Origin: a candidate division WOR-3 bacterium
GTDB taxonomy: Bacteria; Hydrothermota; Tepidihabitantia; Tepidihabitantales; Tepidihabitantaceae
Length of the DNA: 64,000 bases
Assembly (NCBI GenBank): GCA_965649225.1
Contig: CBFGJX010000007.1
Span: 1-64,000 of the forward strand
Direction of reading: 5' to 3'
Shown here: piece after piece, positions 55,857 to 64,000 of the stretch
Layout: every line of letters begins with the position of its first letter
Position numbering within the stretch: position 1 is the stretch's first letter
Translations under genes and position numbers: made by a program
The notes under the pieces: generated by a model
The model's input: only the letters and a program-made list of their open reading frames with translations
Database searches by the model: none
Told to the model about the DNA's origin: nothing

Positions 55857-56678
55857 TCAGTGACGCCGACGGGAAAGCAGATAGCCGGCGTTGCCGATTA
55901 TCAGCAACAGGATGATGAGTGAGTGAGCTGCCGATTGCGCCGGCATGCCCAGAGAAGCCGAACCGGGACGGTTGACCAGCGCTTCGTACTCCGAGGCACC
56001 CTGCAGGCCACCAATCAAGCCGCGAATCTGTCCGGCCTGGAGATAGACATACATGTTGGGAGCATTGACCCCGGTTACACCAACGATGATTGTCTGGTTG
56101 AATCGCCCACCGACGAACTGAATCCAGGCGTCGGCCACCGCCCCGTGGGCCAGCGTTACCAGCAGGGCGATGTCACGATAGCTGTGTACCGAACGCATGA
56201 ACTCGAAACTGTCAATCGGTACGCCGCGATAGTCGGTACGGAAAAAGTCGCGGATTTCGCGACCGATGCCGACCATCATCGCGCTGTAACCGGGACGATA
56301 GCCGATGTTGACATAGTCCCGGCCGTAGATTTTGCCGTACTCGGCCGGGACCTGATTGAGCGCAATTTCAGCGAGAGGAAGCCCGAGTGCGAGCTGGCCG
56401 GTCACGATGACCTTGAGGTCTTTGGAGAAGGCGTGGCGAAGTATCGCCAGCAGCATCGGCTGCAGTTCCGGTGCCGAGGACGGGTCGTAGTCAATCGAAA
56501 TCATTATGACCGAGCCGGGCGGGAGCTCATCAACAGCCCGGAAGGCGTTGCGGACCGGTTCGGAGACGCGGACCGGTGTGCGCAGGCGCAGGAGCAGTGG
56601 AACTGTGACCGCGAGCGCGAGCAGGAGATAGAGCAGCCGACGGTCAATGGCGGCAACAATCGTCCAGAACCGTTTCAT
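55857..56678 (-). CDS. Uncharacterised membrane-anchored protein (possible DUF6754-like paralog)
   Basis: N- and C-terminal TM around an alpha/beta domain. DY.P...PEL.P, YG.DYVN.GY, GQ..G..GG..GA.EYE. ATGA overlap with upstream gene. Confidence 0.75.
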   Translation of the reverse strand: MKRFWTIVAAIDRRLLYLLLALAVTVPLLLRLRTPVRVSEPVRNAFRAVDELPPGSVIMISIDYDPSSAPELQPMLLAILRHAFSKDLKVIVTGQLALGLPLAEIALNQVPAEYGKIYGRDYVNIGYRPGYSAMMVGIGREIRDFFRTDYRGVPIDSFEFMRSVHSYRDIALLVTLAHGAVADAWIQFVGGRFNQTIIVGVTGVNAPNMYVYLQAGQIRGLIGGLQGASEYEALVNRPGSASLGMPAQSAAHSLIILLLIIGNAGYLLSRRRH

Positions 56679-57376
56679 GACATATAGGTCCGTTCGATGC
56701 CGAGGATAATCCGCAGCGACATCGCAATTCCGCCGAGCGCAATTCCCAGTCCGATGCCTCGACCGGCAGCAGCCTGGGGCACCGCCATCAACCATTCCTT
56801 GATCGCGGCGAAGCCATTCCAGGCCACGATTCGCTCAATGGGCAGGCCCGGGAACACCCCGTGGATGAGAACAGCGATACCCCGCCAGAGCGTTCCGCCC
56901 ATTGGCACATTGCCGATCATCACCAGCACCGCTGCAACGAGCAGCAGTGTCGCGGCGGTGTTGCGGACCCGGAATGCCCGGTATGCCGCCGAGACGATGA
57001 AGAAGGCCAGGCTGGCAAACATCGTTGACTGCAGCGGTATGATCATGTTGGTGTAGAGCCACATGAATGGCGCCTGAAGCGAAAACGGGCTGCGGAAGCG
57101 GATCCAGGAGTAAAGTCCGAGCGCGATGGTGGCGAACAGACTGACGATTAACAGCAGGCTGTATCCCCAGCCGGCAGAGCGTCGGATGACGCGGGTCAGG
57201 TGGTGACGGGTAAGCGAGTCAATGCCAAGCAGAAAGGTGAAACCGCTGATAATCGCAAACCAGTTAAGAAACCGGGATTCCAGGTCGCCGAACGGACGAT
57301 GGGGGATGAAAAACGCAACGACAATCAGCAGTGCGGAAACAAAGACGATGATCAGCGGCAGTGTGCGTTTCAACAT
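56675..57376 (-). CDS. Uncharacterised multi-pass membrane protein
   Basis: About 6 TM. PL.STMF..LAFFI.SAAYRAFR.R, W...P..A..R....G.ALG....LR...G.ER. Confidence 0.75.
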   Translation of the reverse strand: MLKRTLPLIIVFVSALLIVVAFFIPHRPFGDLESRFLNWFAIISGFTFLLGIDSLTRHHLTRVIRRSAGWGYSLLLIVSLFATIALGLYSWIRFRSPFSLQAPFMWLYTNMIIPLQSTMFASLAFFIVSAAYRAFRVRNTAATLLLVAAVLVMIGNVPMGGTLWRGIAVLIHGVFPGLPIERIVAWNGFAAIKEWLMAVPQAAAGRGIGLGIALGGIAMSLRIILGIERTYMS

Positions 57377-57377
57377 T

Positions 57378-58529
57378 TCAATACGCCGGGGTGAAGAGGG
57401 CGACAAGTGTTGCCGCCAGCCGCTGCAGGAAAGGAAGGGGAAGAAGCTTTGCCGCAGTGCTGACGATGGCAATCACTAGTGAAATGATGATCAATGCCAG
57501 CTTGAGCAGGTCTTCGCCTTTGAGACTGCCGAGCATGATCGGTTCGGGTTTGAGGTAGCAGGAGGCGGCGAAGATTTCTTCACCGATCATGGTGTAGTCG
57601 CAGGCTGCAACAAAGAACGGCAGCTGGGTGGTTTCGGTAGTGCCGGCGAGCTGAATCGCACCGACCGAGTGGCCGGTTTCGGCCATGATCAGCGATTCGG
57701 CATAGAAGTAACCGAGCCAGAACACGGCGCCGGGCTTTTCGCGTAGCAGGATGCCGTCGACGCCAGCGGCATAGCCGAACTGGTCAGATGTGAGGAACGA
57801 CACGTTGTCGGCATTATAGAGGTCGGGTCGGCCGGCTTCGGTGTAGGCTTCCTTGACGGTTTCCTGGGCTGCGGTCATGACAATCGGGTCGGAATTGGGA
57901 ACGATGAGACGGGTTGAATACTCCGCCGACTTGGCGGCAATTTTCCTGAGCAGCGGCAGGGCGGCGATTACCGGCAGGTCGGTGATGTAGCCGAGCCCGA
58001 AGCTGAACAGGGTTGGCCGGCCCATTTCGGTAGCGCGGCCGAGGGCGTCATCGATTGCATCCAGGCCGGCGATGCGTCGGACAAACATCTTCTCGCCCCT
58101 TCGGGCACGGGCGAAATAGATGAGGAATACCGCACAGATTACCACGAGGACAATGAGAACGTTGAGCTGGGGCAGCCGGAACCACTGGGCGCGGGAAACT
58201 ACCGGGCCGGCGCTGGTCGATGGAGCTGAATCGGCCGGGTAGAGCGCGACCACCCGATACCAGTATTCGACGCCGTCACGGGTACTGTTGTCGACGTATT
58301 CGGTTACCCCTGCCGGCTCAAGGCTCAGTTCAACGAAGCCGCTGTCGGGTGCGCTGGAGCGCAGAAGGCGGAATCCTGAAAGTCCGAGTGATTCGCCGCC
58401 GGCCGGCGGTGTCCATTTCAGCAGAACCGCGCCGCCAGCGTCGTAGGGGTTGTCCTGAACCGTAACCGGGTCTGGTGACGGCAGGGCCGCCAGCGCAACG
58501 ATGATGACAGCGGGAATGGTGCCGATCAA
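57378..58529 (-). CDS. Exported FN3-like domain + TM + DUF6754-like domain protein
   Basis: D.P.D.G....L.W...Y.D......Y.YRV (FN3-like), RRIAGL.AID.A.GRATEMGRP, AESL..AE.G...GAIQ.AG, F...CDY..IGEE.FAAS.YL. Confidence 0.75.
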   Translation of the reverse strand: MIGTIPAVIIVALAALPSPDPVTVQDNPYDAGGAVLLKWTPPAGGESLGLSGFRLLRSSAPDSGFVELSLEPAGVTEYVDNSTRDGVEYWYRVVALYPADSAPSTSAGPVVSRAQWFRLPQLNVLIVLVVICAVFLIYFARARRGEKMFVRRIAGLDAIDDALGRATEMGRPTLFSFGLGYITDLPVIAALPLLRKIAAKSAEYSTRLIVPNSDPIVMTAAQETVKEAYTEAGRPDLYNADNVSFLTSDQFGYAAGVDGILLREKPGAVFWLGYFYAESLIMAETGHSVGAIQLAGTTETTQLPFFVAACDYTMIGEEIFAASCYLKPEPIMLGSLKGEDLLKLALIIISLVIAIVSTAAKLLPLPFLQRLAATLVALFTPAY

Positions 58530-58536
58530 GGTTTAG

Positions 58537-58564
58537 AGCTTAGCCGGCCAGGCAGCCAAGTCAA
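58537..58564 (-). promoter_or_regulatory. Promoter of the membrane operon (leaderless candidate)
   Basis: Minus strand: TTGACT-N16-TAAGCT-N7-TTG(58529). Confidence 0.6.
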
Positions 58565-58588
58565 TTGCATCAGACCTGTTGGTAGCGC

Positions 58589-58616
58589 TTGACCGGCAGC
58601 GTCGGGTTCGTATTCT
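58589..58616 (+). promoter_or_regulatory. Promoter of the two-component operon, divergent from the membrane operon
   Basis: TTGACC-N16-TATTCT. Confidence 0.6.
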
Positions 58617-58632
58617 TGTTAAAAAGGGCTCT

Positions 58633-59901
58633 TTGCACCGCTCCAGATTCAGGTTCGGGCCGCGCCTGCTGCAGCTCTATTTCATTGCCGGACTCCTCGG
58701 GCTGGCCGGAGTCTGGTTTTTCTATTCACAGGTTGTTTTGCTGCGGCTTTCCCGTTTGTGGGACAGCTATGCCCGAACGCTCTCGGCCGAGCTGGAAAGC
58801 GACACCCAACTGCGCTCGCGGCTTTATGCCAAGTTCATGAGCCGGGCGACCGAGCCGTCCGAGTCCGGTTCGCCGGAACTGGACATCATCTTCGAAGAAG
58901 TTATCAAGAAACTCGACTTCCCGGTCATAATCACCGATGCCGAAGGCAGACCGGTTTCCTATCGCAATCTGCCGGTAACCGAACCGGATTCTTCAACGCT
59001 GACGGCAATGGTCAGTCTGCTGGACAGCGAACACGCGCCGGTGCCTTTGAGCGTGATTGAGGACGACAGTGTGCGCAACCTTGGCGCCATTCACTACGGA
59101 GTCTCGGCTTCGACGGTTACGCTGCGGCGCATCAATCAGGACCTGGCGGCTTCGGTGCGCTCGGTCCGGCTGTTTTCGCTGTTTCAGCTTTTTCTCCTGG
59201 TCGGGTTCGTCATCGTCGGGGTCTGGGGCATCCTTGCCTATAAGCGCCGGGAACAGGAGATGATCTGGACAGCGCTGGCCAAGGAGACCGCTCATCAGAT
59301 GGCGACGCCGCTTTCGTCTTTTGCCGCCTGGCTGGATGTTATCCGCACTCGAGCCGGCGCCGCCGACGTGGCAGCGGAGATGGAGCGGGACATCGCCCGG
59401 ATGCGGACAATCCTCGAGCGTTTCAGCCGGATCGGTCTGCCGCCGAAACTGACCCCACAGCGGCTGGGGGCGGTGATTGAGCGGTCGGTTGATTTTGTTC
59501 GGCGGCGGTCACCGCGCAGCGTCCGTTTCACAATCGAACTGGTTGATGATGAAACCATCAGTGTCGATGAAGTCCTGTTTGGCTGGATGCTGGAGAATTT
59601 GCTGCGTAATGCGGTTGATGCCATTGGCTCGCGGGAAGGCGAGGTTCGGGTACGGACGATGCTGACTGCTGACCGGCGTCAGCTGGAGATTGAGGTCACT
59701 GATTCCGGTGAAGGAGTCAAGATTGACAAACTGTTCGAGCCGGGCGTGACAACCAAGAAGTACGGCTGGGGGGTTGGTTTGACCCTGGCCAAGAGAATTG
59801 TCGAAGGTTACCATGCGGGCAGCCTGATACTGAAAGAGACCAGACCGGGCCGGACGGTGTTTTCCATCTTTCTGCCGGTGTCCAACGGGGAGAGGAAGTG
59901 A
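58633..59901 (+). CDS. Membrane sensor histidine kinase
   Basis: Two TM, H-box AKETAHQ..TP, N-box ENL..NAVDA, D.G.G, F.PG.TTK..GWG.GL.L. Confidence 0.92.
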   Translation: MHRSRFRFGPRLLQLYFIAGLLGLAGVWFFYSQVVLLRLSRLWDSYARTLSAELESDTQLRSRLYAKFMSRATEPSESGSPELDIIFEEVIKKLDFPVIITDAEGRPVSYRNLPVTEPDSSTLTAMVSLLDSEHAPVPLSVIEDDSVRNLGAIHYGVSASTVTLRRINQDLAASVRSVRLFSLFQLFLLVGFVIVGVWGILAYKRREQEMIWTALAKETAHQMATPLSSFAAWLDVIRTRAGAADVAAEMERDIARMRTILERFSRIGLPPKLTPQRLGAVIERSVDFVRRRSPRSVRFTIELVDDETISVDEVLFGWMLENLLRNAVDAIGSREGEVRVRTMLTADRRQLEIEVTDSGEGVKIDKLFEPGVTTKKYGWGVGLTLAKRIVEGYHAGSLILKETRPGRTVFSIFLPVSNGERK

Positions 59902-61406
59902 AGATACTCTGGATTGATGACGAGATTGAAATGCTCAGCCCGTTCATCTACGCCCTGCGCGACAAGGGCTATGAGGTCGTTACGGCGACCAACGGTCCGG
60001 ACGGACTTGAGCTGCAGAAGACCGCCGATTTCGATCTGGTGCTGCTGGACGAGATAATGACCGGGATGGACGGGCTGCAAGTGCTGGCGCAGTTGAAGGC
60101 GGCAGACCCCAATCTGCAGGTGGCGATGGTGACCAAGTCCGATGAAGAGCTGTTGATCAACGAGGCCTACGGCAAGCTGGTAGACGATTTCATCATCAAA
60201 CCATTCACGCCGGCGCAACTGCTGGCGGTGGTCAAGCGACTGCTGGAGAAGCAGAAGATTGTCGCCGGGCGCATCGGTAACGAGTATATGGCTGCGGCCG
60301 GGCGGGAGCGCGAGGCCCGGAACTGGTCAGACTGGGTTGCGGTCTATCGCAGCATTCTGCACTGGCAGCGGATGCTGGGCCGTTACGGCGATGCCGGGTT
60401 GAGCGAAGTACAGGCCGAACGCCGGCGCGACGCCAATGACGCCTTTGGCCGTTTTGTTGAAGCCGGCTATCGGGACTGGCTGGCCGGCTCGGGACCGCTG
60501 ATGTCACATCGTTTGATTGAGAATGTCGTCCGGCCGCTCTGGGAGGAGGGGCCGACCTGCCTGGTGGTTTTTGATTCGATGCGACTGGATCAGTGGGATG
60601 CGCTGGTGCCGCTGCTGCGTGACTATTTTGCCGTCGATACCCGTGAGTACTGTGCGATACTGCCAACGGCGACCCCTTATGCACGCAACGCGATTTTCAG
60701 CGGCATGCTGCCGCTGGAAATCTGGCGCCGCTACCCGAAGTACTGGGTTTTTGATGAAACCGGGCAGAACCGTTATGAGTCGGAATTGCTCGGCAACCTG
60801 CTGGAGCGGCTTCGCTTCACTGGCCGTTCGGCCTTTGTCAAGGTTGCCCGCGGCGAGGAACTGGAGCAAGCCCGTTCGTCACTGCTCGACCGCAATGTCC
60901 GGTTTGCCGCGATTGTGGTGAATTTCCTGGACCTGCTGATTCACGGGGTGCGTCAGACGCGGTTGCTGGATGAAGTTGCGCCCGACGATGCGGCGCTGGT
61001 GGGAATCACCCGAGTCTGGTTTGCCTCGTCGCCGGTGTATGAGCTGCTGCGGACTCTGGCCCGGCGTGGTGTCCGGGTTGTCGTAACCAGCGACCATGGC
61101 TTCATTCGGGTGCGGCGACCGACGCTGATCTACGGCGGGCGCGAGCTTTCGGCAAATCTTCGCTACAAACACGGCCCGGCTCTGCGTGTCGAGGCGCGGG
61201 ATGCTCTTCTCGTCGAGCGTCCCGCGGATTACCAGTTGCCGGTAGAAAATCCGGCGAACCGGTTCGCGATTGCCCGTTCTGATTACTATTTTATCTATCC
61301 GACCAAGCCGCGCGAGTACGAGAGGACCTACAAGTACACTCTTCAGCACGGCGGACTGTCGCTGGAAGAGATGATCGTCCCGGTGGCAGTGTTGCGGGCC
61401 CGATAA
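59898..61406 (+). CDS. PorX-like response regulator with PglZ/alkaline-phosphatase-superfamily domain
   Basis: ILWIDDE, LLDE.M.G.DG, MVTKS, KP receiver. D..R.DQW, ILPTAT.YARNAIFSG, TSDHG, QHGG.SLEEM..P. Confidence 0.88.
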   Translation: MKILWIDDEIEMLSPFIYALRDKGYEVVTATNGPDGLELQKTADFDLVLLDEIMTGMDGLQVLAQLKAADPNLQVAMVTKSDEELLINEAYGKLVDDFIIKPFTPAQLLAVVKRLLEKQKIVAGRIGNEYMAAAGREREARNWSDWVAVYRSILHWQRMLGRYGDAGLSEVQAERRRDANDAFGRFVEAGYRDWLAGSGPLMSHRLIENVVRPLWEEGPTCLVVFDSMRLDQWDALVPLLRDYFAVDTREYCAILPTATPYARNAIFSGMLPLEIWRRYPKYWVFDETGQNRYESELLGNLLERLRFTGRSAFVKVARGEELEQARSSLLDRNVRFAAIVVNFLDLLIHGVRQTRLLDEVAPDDAALVGITRVWFASSPVYELLRTLARRGVRVVVTSDHGFIRVRRPTLIYGGRELSANLRYKHGPALRVEARDALLVERPADYQLPVENPANRFAIARSDYYFIYPTKPREYERTYKYTLQHGGLSLEEMIVPVAVLRAR

Positions 61407-61704
61407 GATTCGGCAGTCGTCCGACCTTAACCATAATTATACCAAGTATTTTCAGGCAAATACCGCTAACAGTCTGATTGTCAGTATGTTATTAATCTAG
61501 ACTGCATCCGGACTCCCTCGTCTCGGAGGCGGTCGGTCACTGTTTGACGCTGTCGGCAGAGTTTGCTGAGAACGTCGGCTTCAGGGGCTGGTGGCGGGTG
61601 TGCAACGAGGTTGAACCGGGCGGGTGTAGAATCGGGTTGGCTGCTGGTGACCCGGGCGCCGGTCGGGTCGGAATGGATAGCTGTCCGGGTTCGACAGCGG
61701 TTTA

Positions 61705-63999
61705 CTAGCTCGTCTGGACAATCCGCACCGGGCGGAGACCGGTGAACACGAGCCAGGTCGAGATTTTGCGGTCGGGATAGATGCGCCTGAGCGCGGCGGC
61801 GTAGTGAAAGAGCTGGGCGTCGTGGTATTCCTGTGCGACACGCTCAAGCTCGGCCTCTTTGACCGCGAAGGTCTTGTAGTCGTAAATGCGGACTTCGTCA
61901 TCTTCGAAGATGACCCGGTCGATGCGGCCGGTCCAGACCGTCGTGCCGTCAGAATACATCACCGGCAGTTCGGTTTCGGCGCCGGCGCGGGGGGCAATGA
62001 TGGACCAGGCAGACTTGTCGGCAAGCAGGCGCTTGAGGTGCTTCAGTACGACCGGAACGATCTCAGGTGTCAGGTCCTTGATGGCGGGCGTCAGACTGGC
62101 GGGCAGGGTGTCTGCCGGCTGGTGGTTCTCGACTGTCGAAAGGGCGGCGTTGATGTCGGCCGGAGTAACCTTGCCCAGCGAAATCAGTTCGAGAATGTGG
62201 TGGACAGCGTCGCCGATGCCGATGGTTTCGTCCGGATGGCGTTTGAAATCGGAAGCGACGTTGCGGGTTATCGCATTGACGCGCGGAGGTGGCTGGACCG
62301 CAGCGGGACGCAGCACGCGGCGCGACGGGGCTTTGGCCGCGGCTTGGGCCGGGGCCGGGACATCGGGGATGGTGTCGGCGTTGACGCAGGAGACACCAGG
62401 GATGCCGAGGTCAGGAGAAAAGCGAAACTCCGCAGGTACAAGCTTCAGATGCTCCACCAGCCAGCCAAGCTGGGTCTTCTCGACTTTCCACTTCTGATCG
62501 CCGAGGGCGCCGACAAGGAACAGGCCGTCGCGGGCGCGGGTGCAGGCGACATAGAAGATGCGTTTCTCTTCCTCCAGTTCTTTTTGAACATAGGTCATGT
62601 GGAAATCGCTCTGCCGACGCAGGTTGGCATCGGGGAGCCAGGACACCAGTACCTCTTCCGGGCCGGTTTCCTCGATTACCAGTTCGCTCTTGGCGGATTT
62701 GTCAAGAGGCTTGAGCACCTCATCGAGTCCGGCGTAGAAGACCACCGGGAACTGCAGGCCCTTGGCGGCGTGGACTGTCATCAACTGGACCGCGTTGCGG
62801 CCTTCGGGTCTGACATCGGCCTTTGATTCGTCGGCGTCGGCTTTCTGGAGGGCGGAGATGATGCGCAGGGGCGTTTCACCGGCGGCGGCGCGGTTTTCGA
62901 TGAGCTCAAGCAGCTTGCGCAGGTTGGCGACCCGCTGGGGTTCCCAGAATGTCTGCCAGACCTTTTGCTCGGCCAGTACGGCTTCGAGAATACGGGCCAG
63001 CGGGCGCACCGGCACCAGCGCGCGCCAGCGGTCAAGCGTTGCAATGGCCGTGGCCAGCGGCGAGCCGGGCGGCGCGCTCACGCGGCAGCGTTCGAGCAGG
63101 GAGGGCGCGTCAGCCGAGTTGGCGAGAAAGATGTCGCGCTCGGGTATGCCGAAAACCGGACCGCGCAGGGTGGCGTAGAGCGCGAGGCTGTCGAACGGGT
63201 CAACCAGTGCGGTGGCAAGCTTGATGACATAGCGCACCTCGGGCTCTTGGTAGAACCCGGTGCCACCGCAGACGAGGAAGGGAATTCCGGCCGCGCGCAG
63301 GGCGTCTTCGAGCGCGGGCAGGCTCTGGCGCGAGCGAAACAGGATGCCGATGTCGGAGTAGTTGCAGGGCCGGGCGGTCTCGGTTCCGTCCGGGCTGCGG
63401 TTGTACACCGTGAACGGGTTGACCGGGTTGACCAGTGCGCGGATGCGGCGGGCAATCACACGGGCGCAGGTCTCGCGCCGCTCTTCGGCTTTGCCCTCGC
63501 CGGGCGCGATGATGACTTCGACCGCGCCGGGCGCGTCATTAGAGCGGGCGCGGCGGAATGGCGTGTAGCGGGTCTGCCAGGGTTCGGCCTTGTCTGCTTT
63601 CGGTGACATCAGGCTCGAGAAGAGCCGGTTGTTGAAGTCGATGATTGACTGGAGACTGCGGTAATTGTCTTCAAGCGTGATGCGGTTGACCTTGTCGCGA
63701 CCCAGCCATTCTTCGAGCTTGTCCGCGGCCTTGCTGAACACCTCGACCTTGGCGCCGCGGAAAAGGTAGATGGACTGTTTGTCGTCGCCGACGAGGAAAA
63801 TGGTCGGTTCGACGCCGCGGTCAGCCTTGGCGCCCGCACCCGAGCGCCACTCTTCGGTAAGTTTGTCGATGATGCCCCATTGCAGGTAGGAGGTGTCCTG
63901 AAACTCGTCCACGAGCAGGTGGTCGGTGTGTTCATCGAAGGCGCGCAGGACATTCTGCCAGTCCGGGTCGCGCTCGAGCAACTGCAGTGCAAGGTACTC
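61705..63999 (-). CDS. AddA/RecB-like UvrD helicase with C-terminal PD-(D/E)xK nuclease, 5'-partial
   Basis: VDEFQDT, VGDDKQSIY.FRGA, NYRS, MTVH.AKGL.FP, EE.R.FYVA.TRA, GRIDR...DYKT...QL..Y. Frame open to window end. Confidence 0.9.
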   Translation of the reverse strand, partial: EYLALQLLERDPDWQNVLRAFDEHTDHLLVDEFQDTSYLQWGIIDKLTEEWRSGAGAKADRGVEPTIFLVGDDKQSIYLFRGAKVEVFSKAADKLEEWLGRDKVNRITLEDNYRSLQSIIDFNNRLFSSLMSPKADKAEPWQTRYTPFRRARSNDAPGAVEVIIAPGEGKAEERRETCARVIARRIRALVNPVNPFTVYNRSPDGTETARPCNYSDIGILFRSRQSLPALEDALRAAGIPFLVCGGTGFYQEPEVRYVIKLATALVDPFDSLALYATLRGPVFGIPERDIFLANSADAPSLLERCRVSAPPGSPLATAIATLDRWRALVPVRPLARILEAVLAEQKVWQTFWEPQRVANLRKLLELIENRAAAGETPLRIISALQKADADESKADVRPEGRNAVQLMTVHAAKGLQFPVVFYAGLDEVLKPLDKSAKSELVIEETGPEEVLVSWLPDANLRRQSDFHMTYVQKELEEEKRIFYVACTRARDGLFLVGALGDQKWKVEKTQLGWLVEHLKLVPAEFRFSPDLGIPGVSCVNADTIPDVPAPAQAAAKAPSRRVLRPAAVQPPPRVNAITRNVASDFKRHPDETIGIGDAVHHILELISLGKVTPADINAALSTVENHQPADTLPASLTPAIKDLTPEIVPVVLKHLKRLLADKSAWSIIAPRAGAETELPVMYSDGTTVWTGRIDRVIFEDDEVRIYDYKTFAVKEAELERVAQEYHDAQLFHYAAALRRIYPDRKISTWLVFTGLRPVRIVQTS

Positions 64000-64000
64000 C

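Noticed and set aside
59898..63999. BREX or other defence island (PglZ + helicase)
   Set aside because: The PglZ is fused to a receiver domain (PorX type), the helicase is AddA/RecB-like and convergent, and no brxC, pglX or brxL is present.
1..64000. CRISPR array, Sec/Pyl read-through or programmed frameshift
   Set aside because: No regularly spaced repeats were seen. Recognised genes appear full length without internal stops or split frames.

Overview
GC-rich (roughly 60% by eye), gene-dense bacterial chromosome segment. It has no rRNA, CRISPR array, IS element or intact prophage. FlgD-Ig/T9SS-like C-terminal sorting domains, PorV-like barrels, a PorX-like regulator and CARDB/Kelch surface proteins suggest a diderm anaerobe of the FCB/WOR-3 neighbourhood (inference only). 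Housekeeping content: an EF-G paralog, thrS-infC-rpmI-rplT, tRNA-Pro(GGG), csp-folK-dNK-panB-panC-dnaN, trpS-ispD-dxr-rseP, ispF, accA, era, hutU, recJ, rlmI, tolB and a partial AddA/RecB-like gene. The most unusual observations are: (1) an uncharacterised four-gene membrane operon (FN3+DUF6754-like gene first) running into tolB, plus an NqrA/RnfC-N-like soluble protein elsewhere in the window; (2) an operon of three outer-membrane barrels, one with two ComEA-like HhH DNA-binding units, followed by an exported 5'-nucleotidase and RecJ, a candidate extracellular DNA capture/scavenging system; (3) an etfA-FeS-FeS-flavoprotein-degenerate ACAD redox operon lacking etfB and a membrane anchor; (4) a consistent TTGAC-N-N16-TANNNT promoter architecture with several apparently leaderless mRNAs. 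All calls come from reading motifs by eye; no database searches were run.
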